Assembly: GCA_965205485.1 (NCBI GenBank) | Contig: OZ242180.1 | Coordinates: 1,200,535-1,264,534 of the forward strand | DNA length: 64,000 bases | Origin: Candidatus Latescibacterota bacterium | GTDB lineage: Bacteria; Latescibacterota; UBA2968; GCA-2709665 | Direction: 5' to 3' | Shown: positions 56,505-64,000 of the stretch, piece by piece | How positions within the stretch are numbered: the stretch's first letter is position 1 | Layout: each line of letters starts with the position of its first letter | Notes under the pieces: model-generated | The model's input: the letters and a program-made list of their open reading frames with translations, nothing else | Told to the model about the DNA's origin: nothing | The model's database searches: none | Position numbers and translations under genes: made by a program

Positions 56505-56573
56505 CATTGAGCTTGTCGAAATGCCCGCGCTTCGATATCCTGTGCCGACCCTTCGACAAGCTCAGGGAGCGGC
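56505..56573. repeat. Family 2 intergenic element copy
   Basis: cattgagcttgtcgaaatgcccgcgcttcga...cccttcgacaagctcagggagcggc is about 90% identical to the ends of 51886..51964. It has inverted arms gagcttgtcgaa / ttcgacaagctc. Confidence 0.6.
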
Positions 56574-56737
56574 CCAGGATACTCGCGCCCATTCATGGAG
56601 GGCCCCCTAAAGGGGGACAGGTTTGCTTCGGCGCCGATCTCGGTACGAGACAGTTCGTCGAAGTCATACGCGAGACTCCTCGTTCTTCATAGCGCGTCCC
56701 ATCTTGGGAACATATTTTGAACATTGCCAGACCCACG

Positions 56738-57037
56738 CTATTCGAACGTCGCGACGTGATCAAGATTCATGCTTGAAATTGAACCTTCCTCATAGCAGGA
56801 ATACCAATCCGCGGCATTTGGGATATTGACCATGTCTGCTTGCGCGTTCTTCGCGTCGCCCTCTGATTCCCAGTAAACGACGTCGGTATAGCCTCCATCG
56901 CTGTTCCGGTGAATCTCCCACTTAATGAAACCTGGCTGTCTGCTCATCCAGTTCACCAGGACCTGACGTGCAACGTTTAGTAGGTGTTCCTCGGAGATAT
57001 TCTCTGCCAACTGGTAACTGATGATGTCTTTATACAT
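56738..57037 (-). CDS. Small hypothetical protein (99 aa)
   Basis: ORF with lower-GC composition than its neighbours. No motif recognised. Confidence 0.35.
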   Translation of the reverse strand: MYKDIISYQLAENISEEHLLNVARQVLVNWMSRQPGFIKWEIHRNSDGGYTDVVYWESEGDAKNAQADMVNIPNAADWYSCYEEGSISSMNLDHVATFE

Positions 57038-57633
57038 TATTCGCTATCCCTTGATTCCAGGTGTTCGAGTATTTCCTGCTGTTCGGCCAGATCGAACTGA
57101 CTCGATCCGATGTACGTATATCTGATCACGCCGCGTCTGTCGACGATGAACGTCGCCGGACGGGCAATGCTGTTGCTCAACCCGTGATTCGCCAGGCCGG
57201 TCCATTCATGCAGGGCATAGCCGAGTTTGTCGATGACAAACGTCGCGGGACGGACGATGGTGTAGGCGACGTTGTGCATCGCCAGGGCGAACCAGTGGCG
57301 TACCCCATAGCTCCTGATGACACTCCAGTCTTCGTCCGCCAGAAGCGGAAAGGTGATCCCGTTGCGTTCGGCGTATTCGCGCATCTCGCCCGGCGGCTGT
57401 CCTGCGCCAACGGCAATCGACGTCGTTTTTCTTTCTGCGTACGCTTCGATATGTTCCTGAACGATCGCCAACTGACGACGCGTTCTCCGTCACCAGGTCC
57501 CCCGGAAAAACGTCAGAACGACGTTTTCCTTGTGCCGATACGACGCCAGCGACACCTCTCGTTGCTGGTGCGACCGGAGCGTGAACAAGGGGGCGGGGTC
57601 ACCGACACTGAGGGCCCTGCTTCTTCGCGGCAT
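57037..57633 (-). CDS. Peroxiredoxin/thioredoxin-fold (AhpC-TSA or TlpA-like) protein with a single in-frame TGA at the redox Cys position: candidate selenoprotein, or else a pseudogene
   Basis: ATG at 57633. Reading frame MPRRSRALSVGDPAPLFTLRSHQQREVSLASYRHKENVVLTFFRGTW-[TGA 57492..57490]-RRTRRQLAIVQEHIEAYAE...GITFPLLADEDWSVIRSYGV...ARPATFIVDRRGVIRY. The TGA sits where Prx has T..C and TlpA has WC..C. A hairpin GAACG-C-GUCG-(UCAGUUGG)-CGAU-CGUUC begins 4 nt after the UGA. Confidence 0.5.
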
Positions 57634-57660
57634 TTTGTACTCTTCTGAGGACCTTCACCT

Positions 57661-58419
57661 ATGGACGGCGAATTGTTGCACCGGGGTTTTGTCCCCGGGC
57701 CGCTGACGCCCGAGCAATGCGATGCGCTGGATGCCAACGGCTTCGTCATTCTTGAATGCGTCATTGCTCCCGGCTGGCTGGCGGGGCTGCGCCAGGCTTT
57801 CGACGTGATCTTCGCCAGCGAAGGCGACAAAGCCGGTGTTGAAGTTGCCCAGATGGAGGGCGTGCGCCGCCTGGCCGACCTGGTGAACAAGGGGACGGTC
57901 TTCGACAATGTCTACCTGCAGCCGACGCTGCTGACGGCGGTGTGGCACGTGCTCCAGCGGCCGTTCAAGCTGCACTCGCTCAACGGACACGATCCGCTGC
58001 CCGGCAGCGGGTTGCAGGGCTTGCACACGGATTGGGGCGGGCCAACTGAGCCTGGCGGACCGTATCACGTCGTCAATTCGATGTGGATGCTCGACGACTT
58101 CACCCGGGTCAACGGCGCGACCCGCTGCGTTCCCGGAAGCCACCGCAAGCCCGGCAGAGCCTCGGACCACGTAGCCGACTCCATGTCCGATCACCCGGAC
58201 CAGGTACAGCTGACGGGCCGCGCCGGCTCGATCGCCGTCTTCAATGGCAGTCTCTTTCACAGCTCGTACCGCAACCTCAGCGACGCCCCCCGCCGCACCC
58301 TGCACTGCGCCTTTATCGCCCGAGAACACGCGCAGCAAACGAACCAGCGCGAGTACCTGCGGCCCGCAACCGCCCGTCGGATCTCGCCGCTCGCACGCTA
58401 CATCCTGGACGTGGAGTGA
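57661..58419 (+). CDS. Phytanoyl-CoA dioxygenase (PhyH) family oxygenase
   Basis: GLHTDWGG (H.D) and a distal SLFHSS His. About 250 aa, typical PhyH size. Confidence 0.7.
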   Translation: MDGELLHRGFVPGPLTPEQCDALDANGFVILECVIAPGWLAGLRQAFDVIFASEGDKAGVEVAQMEGVRRLADLVNKGTVFDNVYLQPTLLTAVWHVLQRPFKLHSLNGHDPLPGSGLQGLHTDWGGPTEPGGPYHVVNSMWMLDDFTRVNGATRCVPGSHRKPGRASDHVADSMSDHPDQVQLTGRAGSIAVFNGSLFHSSYRNLSDAPRRTLHCAFIAREHAQQTNQREYLRPATARRISPLARYILDVE

Positions 58420-58595
58420 ACCCCAGGGCATTTCTCATGACCGCTTTTTCTTCTTATGATCCATCGCGTACGCAGAGGGTAATATTGTACCGATATCGGC
58501 AATATGCAATACACGCCAGACGTACGCAAGGGTCCGGCGGCAGCGCTGTTGGAGGAGTGGCGGCGGTCGAATAGAGCTGTATATAAAGGAAGACC

Positions 58596-58967
58596 ATGAA
58601 ACGTAAACATATACCGACCAGCAGTCCGTTTGGCGCGGAGTTTGGTTATTCACGCGCCGTGCGTGCGGACCGTCATATTCACGTCGCCGGTACCTGCGCC
58701 CAGCCGCCACATGACCAGGGCAATGCCTACGAGCAGGCGCGGAGCGCATTGGGAATCATCGCCACGGCGCTAGACGAGACCGGTGCATGCCTCGAAGACG
58801 TGGTGCGGACGGTCGTATACATCACGGATGTAGCCCACGCCGATGGCGTCACCCGCGCTCACCGCGAGGTGTTTGGCGAGATTCTGCCGGCCTCGACCCT
58901 GGTTGTCGTCGCCGCGCTGCTCAAGCCGCACCTGGTCGTTGAGATCGAAGCCTACGCCATCGATTGA
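58596..58967 (+). CDS. RidA/YjgF family protein
   Basis: 123 aa. RAVRADRHIHVAGT ... VVRTVVYITD ... VEIEAYA is the RidA pattern. Confidence 0.8.
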   Translation: MKRKHIPTSSPFGAEFGYSRAVRADRHIHVAGTCAQPPHDQGNAYEQARSALGIIATALDETGACLEDVVRTVVYITDVAHADGVTRAHREVFGEILPASTLVVVAALLKPHLVVEIEAYAID

Positions 58968-59102
58968 CTCTGGCTCGCAGCGCGTGGAAGAATAGAGCCA
59001 GATCCTGTCCATTGCCGTGTTTTGCCGCGGCCCGATTGCCAGCACGGTCACCAGCGGCGATTGGGTCCGCCTGGAAACCGCCACTGGAGGTGTATAGTAC
59101 CT

Positions 59103-60650
59103 ATGTCCTCGACCCGCCCTCGAATATGGCCTCTCTATCTGCTCGGAGGCATCGTCGTCCTGGCGCTCCTGCTGATCTGGTTGCCCGAATCCCTCCATCG
59201 CCAGCAACAGGTTATGCGCACCATGGGCATCTTCATACTCGCCGTTTTCCTCGCTTTGATCTGGCTGCTCTTTGCGTCGCGGCTGCCATGGGGACGGCGC
59301 CTGCGCTATTTCGGCGGCATCGTCTTCCTCATCGCGCTTGGCGTCGGGTTTCTTCGCGTCAAAGGGTTGAGCGGCGATTTCGTACCGGTCCTCGAATGGC
59401 GTTGGAGCGCTGAGGGTGAAGCCGCCGTCGCGGAAGGAGGGGACGCCACCACGCTCGACGCCCGTGATTGGCCGCAATTTCTCGGCCCCGAGCGTAACAA
59501 CCGCCTCCGTGGCGTCCGCCTCGAGCGCGACTGGACCAGGCGCCCGCCGCGCGAAATCTGGCGTCGCCCCGTTGGCGCCGGCTGGTCCTCCATTGCCATT
59601 GCCGGCGGCCGGGCCGTCACCCAGGAGCAACACGGTCCCGAGGAGCAGGTTGTCTGCTACGACCTGGCGACGGGCCGCAAGCTCTGGCAACACGCCGACT
59701 CGACCCGCTATGAGTCCGCCATCGCCGGGGTCGGTCCGCGCGCGACGCCTACCATCGCCGGAGACCGGGTTTTCACCATGGGCGCGACCGGCATCCTGAA
59801 TTGTCTGGACGTGGCCAACGGGGCGCTGATCTGGTCGCGGGACATCCTCGCCGACAATCGGGCTGAGGCCAATATGTGGGGCATCAGCTGTTCGCCGCTG
59901 GTCCTCGACACGCTGGTGGTCGTCAGTGCCGGAGGCCCGGATGAGCGCTCGCTGGTGGCCTATCACCGTCAGACCGGCGCGTTTGTCTGGGGCGGGGGCA
60001 CGGACAGGGCCGGCTACAGTTCACCGCGTCTGGTCACGCTGGCCGGGCGCGAGCAGATCCTGATCTTCAACAGCCATAGCGTCGTCGCACACGATCCGCA
60101 CAGCGGAGATCCCCTCTGGCGTCAGCCCTGGGACCAGGTCCAATGCGTTGTCAACCCTCTGCCCTTGCCCGGGAACCGGGTTCTGGTCTCCACCGGCTAC
60201 GGCATTGGCGCCAGGCTGTATCAGATTAACGCCGCGGCCGAAGGCGGATTGACGAGCGAGATCGTCTGGAGAAGCCCTCGGCTCAAGGCCAAGTTTGCCA
60301 ACATGGTCCATCGCGATGGGTTTGTCTATGGCCTCGACGACGGGGTGCTGGTCTGCCTCGACCCGCAAGACGGCAAGCGCCGCTGGAAGCGAGGGCGCTA
60401 CGGCCACGGCCAGCTCATCCTGATAGGTGATGTCCTGTTGATCATGGGCGAATCGGGCGACGTGGTACTGGTCGAGGCCCAACCCGACCGCCACGTCGAA
60501 CTGGCGCGCATGACAGCCTTCGCGGGCAAAACCTGGAATCCCCCGTCCTTTGCCGCACCCTATCTGCTGGTGCGCACGGATAGCGAGGCCGTCTGCTACG
60601 AATTGGCGCTTGCGAACAATACTCAGGCGCATCTTTTCGACCGGGATTAA
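59103..60650 (+). CDS. Membrane-anchored PQQ-like beta-propeller repeat protein
   Basis: Two N-terminal transmembrane helices, then repeated ..G..LW.... / DG.VY.... beta-propeller blades (e.g. ATGRKLWQH, NGALIWSR, TGAFVWGG, DGKRRWKR). Confidence 0.7.
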   Translation: MSSTRPRIWPLYLLGGIVVLALLLIWLPESLHRQQQVMRTMGIFILAVFLALIWLLFASRLPWGRRLRYFGGIVFLIALGVGFLRVKGLSGDFVPVLEWRWSAEGEAAVAEGGDATTLDARDWPQFLGPERNNRLRGVRLERDWTRRPPREIWRRPVGAGWSSIAIAGGRAVTQEQHGPEEQVVCYDLATGRKLWQHADSTRYESAIAGVGPRATPTIAGDRVFTMGATGILNCLDVANGALIWSRDILADNRAEANMWGISCSPLVLDTLVVVSAGGPDERSLVAYHRQTGAFVWGGGTDRAGYSSPRLVTLAGREQILIFNSHSVVAHDPHSGDPLWRQPWDQVQCVVNPLPLPGNRVLVSTGYGIGARLYQINAAAEGGLTSEIVWRSPRLKAKFANMVHRDGFVYGLDDGVLVCLDPQDGKRRWKRGRYGHGQLILIGDVLLIMGESGDVVLVEAQPDRHVELARMTAFAGKTWNPPSFAAPYLLVRTDSEAVCYELALANNTQAHLFDRD

Positions 60651-60857
60651 GAACGCGGCCGTCGAACTCAAACGAATCTAAGAAGCTGTTTTAAAATTAC
60701 CGGTGAGTTCCCGAGCGCGAGCGAAAAAGTGGCGGTCAAGGCGGGAAAGCCCGCCCATATTTGCCTATACGGGCGGGCTTGACCAACGCCGACCTGCGCT
60801 TTTGCAGCCGCGCGAAGACCGCTGGGAATTTTAAGACAGCTTCCAAAATCCCCCGTG

Positions 60858-61232
60858 CTATTTCCCCTGGTTCTGTCCCTGGAGAACAGTCAGCGCATCC
60901 CAAGTCGCCGGAAATCCGCCGAAGGCGCTCATCTGCAGCATGACCTCCTCTATCTCCGTCCTCGTCGAGCCACAACCAAGGGCCCGGTCAATGTGAACGG
61001 CAAGTTGCTGCGGCCTGCCGAGTACCGTCAACGCCGCGATCGTGCATAGCAGACGGGTCTTGATGTCCAGCCCGTCCCTACCGTACAGGTCATGCATCAC
61101 CTGCTCCATCACGAGTCGTTCGAACTCCGGATGAAGTGCGCGCATCCTTTCGGCGGAGTCCTTTGCAGCGGCCTCTCCGAGCATCGACGAAAGAACTCTG
61201 CGGCCTGCTTCGTAGCGGTCGCTTTCGGCCAT
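60858..61232 (-). CDS. Carboxymuconolactone decarboxylase (CMD/AhpD-like) family protein
   Basis: 124 aa. RTEIEEVMLQMSAFGGFP is the CMD signature region. Confidence 0.7.
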   Translation of the reverse strand: MAESDRYEAGRRVLSSMLGEAAAKDSAERMRALHPEFERLVMEQVMHDLYGRDGLDIKTRLLCTIAALTVLGRPQQLAVHIDRALGCGSTRTEIEEVMLQMSAFGGFPATWDALTVLQGQNQGK

Positions 61233-61319
61233 ACATCCTCCCCCTTGGGTATCGAATGAAATCTCGACTGAACCGGCGACCGCTGCGAGCCGGGCAAGGC
61301 ATCGGTCGGCGCGTGACGC

Positions 61320-61796
61320 TTACTCATTGCGGAACGCCTTCAACATCCCGGCGATATCCAGCTTGTTCATCTTCATAAATGCGGCGGTGACGCGTTCGAC
61401 CGCCGACGTGTCGTCACTGGCCATCATTTGTCCCAGCGCGGTGGGAACGATCTGCCAGGAGACGCCGAAGCGATCGGTCAACCAGCCGCATCGGCCTTCC
61501 TCGCCGCCATCGGACGTCAGGCGTGCCCACAATCTGTCCACCTCGTTCTGATCGACACAGTTTACGGACAGCGACATCGCCGGGCTGTGTGTGTACATGG
61601 GACCACCGTTGATGATGCAGAACTCCTGCCCTGCCAGTACAAACTCCGCGGTCATGATTTCGCCGGCCTTGCCCATGCCGGCTTCGGTGTAGCGCGTGAT
61701 GTTCGTAACGCGTGCATCTTCGAAGCACGACGTGTAGAGTTCGAGCGCTTCCTCCACCCGGCCGTCAAACCAAAGATTGGTGACGATTTTCTGCAT
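61320..61796 (-). CDS. VOC-superfamily protein (PhnB / 3-demethylubiquinone-9 3-methyltransferase-like domain)
   Basis: IVTNLWFDG...FGVSWQIVP pattern of the PhnB-like glyoxalase fold. Confidence 0.7.
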   Translation of the reverse strand: MQKIVTNLWFDGRVEEALELYTSCFEDARVTNITRYTEAGMGKAGEIMTAEFVLAGQEFCIINGGPMYTHSPAMSLSVNCVDQNEVDRLWARLTSDGGEEGRCGWLTDRFGVSWQIVPTALGQMMASDDTSAVERVTAAFMKMNKLDIAGMLKAFRNE

Positions 61797-61953
61797 GGGT
61801 TATTCCCCTCTGTTCAAATTGACTGTGTACGTCATCATTGACTCGATCTTCCTGCCGGATTCCGAATAGAATCAAGAAAAACGCGCCGATGTCGCGAATA
61901 CGGGATTCGCCGAAATCGGACGCAAACGTCCGGCAACGCACCCGACAGATCGT

Positions 61954-63390
61954 TCATGCGAACAATTCTTTTATCAATACGCGAGCCCGGTCGATGACCG
62001 TTTCGAGGCAGCCGGGAGCGAGCTTGGCCCAGTAGGTCACGTCTTCGTTGGCCTCGTGTCCCCCGCGCTCGTAGGCCGCCCGCGTCGGCAGGTAGCCGAC
62101 GTAGTGCGTCGTGAGGTGCGCCGGGAAGAGATACGGCGCCGGCGAGTTGGTCTTGAGCGCGAGTTGTCCTTCCACGAAGGGTTCTCCAGGCAGGCCAATA
62201 ACGCACAGGTCGCCGATGCGGAACGCCTGGATTTCGTAGCTGAACTCGGCGTCCCGTTTCCGGCACAGTTCGACGCTGCGGGTCGAAGCGGCCCGGAACC
62301 ACAGTGGGTCCACCTGTCCGTTTGCGCCGCGCGGCGGTTCGGGACTCCCGGACAGGATCGCTTCGACCTCGCGCAGGCGCTCGTCCGGAATCTCGCGGAA
62401 CGGCAAGCCGATCGTCGCGTCGCGATAAGCCAGCGCAGCGTTATCGTTGAACGCCAGACTGTGAACAATTCCTTCGGTCATCCCGGCCAGTTTGCGCCCC
62501 ATTCTCTGGTGGTCCGGCCGGTAATCCGAATCGAAGGGATGCCTGGGGTTGATGTTGCCGCAGCAGCCGTTGACGACAAGCGGTACCGCGTCGGAGCCGA
62601 AACGCAGTTCCATCTCCCGCGTCCATGCGCCGGGCCAGTCCGCCGATACCGCCCGGTAGGTGTCGCGATGACTGAACGCATTGACGGGGTGACAGGTGTA
62701 GTGCAGGAGAAAGGCCAGCGGACGTCTATTCGCGTCCTGAACGCAGCATACGCCGACTTCCGGATCGATGGGCCCCTCGAGATAACAGACATCCGTGTTT
62801 CCGAACGGCCTTTTTTCCCGGCCCAGGGGGGCGGGCATGGTGATGGTTCCGTCCCGCCGGATGCCGCGCCGATTGAACGCCAGGTCTCCTAACACGCCGC
62901 GCCCCAGACCGATGCGCGCGGGTTGCAGCCTGCCCGCCGCTTCGACCGCTGCCTCCACCGCGGCTGCCGCCGCCCGGTCGCCGTAGGCGCGTTCGGCTCC
63001 GCGCAGATACTCCGTCGCCCCGTTGGTCTCGAGGGGAAAATCCGGATCCAGCATGAAGTGGCCCAGGCTCGGCGCGGAGTGCGTCTGGGTGGCCTGGACC
63101 ATAATCGCCTCGGGTGCGACGCCCGTCCGCTCGGCTATAGCGGCGCGGATCCGCTCCGAGTAGTCCTGGGTGACGATCGTGAGATCCAGGATGACGATGC
63201 AAACGCGCCGCCCACCGCTTTCGAAGACGATGGCTCTTGCAAAGAGCGGATCCAGAACGGTCTCGGCCGGCCGGTGCTCGCCGGCGCCGCTTCCGGCCAG
63301 GTGCGTCCCCAATGGCGGCGTGATATCAACCGTCGCCGCTCCCGCTCTCAAATGGTTGGTCTTGGACATGGTTTTTCCTTCTTGCGCCAA
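61954..63390 (-). CDS. Neutral/alkaline ceramidase-like hydrolase (tentative)
   Basis: N-terminal AGAATVDITPPLGTHLAGSG...LFARAIVFESGGRRVCIVILDL resembles the ceramidase_alk N-domain. 478 aa. Confidence 0.5.
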   Translation of the reverse strand: MAQEGKTMSKTNHLRAGAATVDITPPLGTHLAGSGAGEHRPAETVLDPLFARAIVFESGGRRVCIVILDLTIVTQDYSERIRAAIAERTGVAPEAIMVQATQTHSAPSLGHFMLDPDFPLETNGATEYLRGAERAYGDRAAAAAVEAAVEAAGRLQPARIGLGRGVLGDLAFNRRGIRRDGTITMPAPLGREKRPFGNTDVCYLEGPIDPEVGVCCVQDANRRPLAFLLHYTCHPVNAFSHRDTYRAVSADWPGAWTREMELRFGSDAVPLVVNGCCGNINPRHPFDSDYRPDHQRMGRKLAGMTEGIVHSLAFNDNAALAYRDATIGLPFREIPDERLREVEAILSGSPEPPRGANGQVDPLWFRAASTRSVELCRKRDAEFSYEIQAFRIGDLCVIGLPGEPFVEGQLALKTNSPAPYLFPAHLTTHYVGYLPTRAAYERGGHEANEDVTYWAKLAPGCLETVIDRARVLIKELFA

Positions 63391-63803
63391 AGGCGTTTAA
63401 GGGTACAATGGGATCGACATCGGGACCGGTTGGAAAGTCGTGTCGGTCGCTGTCGCGCGCTGGCCTCCTCAGGATGACATGCTCTGCGAGGGTGTGGGCT
63501 CAGCGTTTCGCCAATTGTTATCGCAAGACATGTCAATCACAGCGCGGCGAAGAATCTCCCGTATTCTCGATTGTACGTGTAGCGTACGGTCTTTGTAGAC
63601 GACCTTGTGCGCGGACGCTTTGGCCCGGACAAGCGATCATTTGCCCTGCTCTTGGTTTCCAATCCTGCTTAATCCTGCCTGATCCTGTGAATCCTGATCA
63701 GTCTTTGTCCTGTTCATCCTGTCTATCCATGTTTAATGTATTATTCAAATATATGCATCCATTTTGGGCAGAAGTCACGCCGTAAATTTCCAAGGGACAA
63801 TGC

Positions 63804-64000
63804 ATGGACATTCAGACGCGTCTCATTCACGCCGGCGAGGAGCGCATTGAGGGCGCCGTGGTGCTGCCGATCTTCCAGAGTTCGACCTTTGTTTCACAGG
63901 ACGAGCAGGACTACAACGACATCCGCTATCTCCGCCTGAACAACACACCCAATCACCGCGCACTGCACGCCAAGCTGGCCGCTGTCAGCGGCGGTGAAGA
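63804..64000 (+). CDS. Cys/Met-metabolism PLP-dependent enzyme (cystathionine gamma-synthase / methionine gamma-lyase family), partial at the window end
   Basis: MDIQTRLIHAGEE...VLPIFQSSTFV is the family N-terminus. Truncated by the window edge. Confidence 0.8.
   Translation, partial: MDIQTRLIHAGEERIEGAVVLPIFQSSTFVSQDEQDYNDIRYLRLNNTPNHRALHAKLAAVSGGE

Noticed and set aside
38414-63477. Many long opposite-strand ORFs across the right half (e.g. 38414..39709, 43119..44192, 46235..47179, 49035..50594, 53196..54152, 57655..58431, 58770..59966, 60021..60671, 62056..62892, 62923..63477)
   Set aside because: Each lies wholly antisense to a gene that has clear family motifs. They are Arg/Pro/Gly-rich GC-bias artefacts.
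1-64000. Search for CRISPR arrays, rRNA, tRNA, integrase and transposase genes
   Set aside because: No evenly spaced short direct repeats, no rRNA-like conserved stretches, no DDE/tyrosine-recombinase motifs and no convincing tRNA cloverleaf were seen by eye. A tRNAscan or Infernal run would be needed to exclude small RNAs.

Overview
High-GC (about 60-65%) bacterial contig, probably a metagenome-derived contig (guess from composition and gene content). It has two very different halves.

**Positions 1.8-33 kb: accessory locus of very large secreted proteins.** Every large protein here carries a duplicated calcium-loop segment of the form DFDGDGTVGFSDFLAFAGAFG ... DLDGNGTIGFSDFLIFA, a dockerin type I-like module. 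Seven copies occur in about 30 kb. The modules are fused to zinc metalloprotease domains (two paralogous metzincins with HExxHxxGxxHD, one M60/enhancin-like HEVGHNHQ domain, one HEMGHALGF zincin in a giant protein), long WD40 beta-propeller arrays, Ig-like, leucine-rich-repeat, cadherin-like and fibronectin-III-like modules. Two proteins also carry N-terminal beta-sandwich modules that look cohesin-like. Together this suggests a cellulosome-style cohesin-dockerin extracellular assembly in which the docked cargo is proteases and WD40 propellers rather than glycoside hydrolases.

Several features point to recent rearrangement. A roughly 8.3 kb sub-block is bracketed by 190-bp direct repeats (about 88% identical) of a lipoprotein gene 3' end. 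A low-GC (about 48%) gene sits inside that block. The 2700+ aa giant adhesin-like gene is split by a frameshift exactly at a cadherin repeat junction. The WD40 arrays contain near-identical 126-bp tandem DNA repeats.

**Positions 33.7-64 kb: ordinary chromosomal genes.** These include an AAA ATPase, hisG-hisI, a SAM methyltransferase, a rhodanese, a putative glycan/peptide-processing cluster (two amidohydrolase-2 genes, two paralogous 800-aa proteins, an M81 MlrC-like peptidase, a heparinase II/III-like lyase and a GH36-like gene), two PhyH dioxygenases, RidA, a PQQ-propeller membrane protein, and CMD, VOC and ceramidase-like genes, ending in a partial Cys/Met PLP enzyme gene.

**Non-coding signals in this half:**
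- Two families of hairpin-forming MITE/REP-like intergenic repeats.
- Paired CGATATATCGACC palindromes in an AT-rich divergent promoter region.
- A thioredoxin-fold/peroxiredoxin-like gene with one in-frame TGA at the redox-active Cys position followed by a SECIS-like hairpin, a candidate selenoprotein.

No rRNA, tRNA, CRISPR array, transposase or integrase could be recognised.
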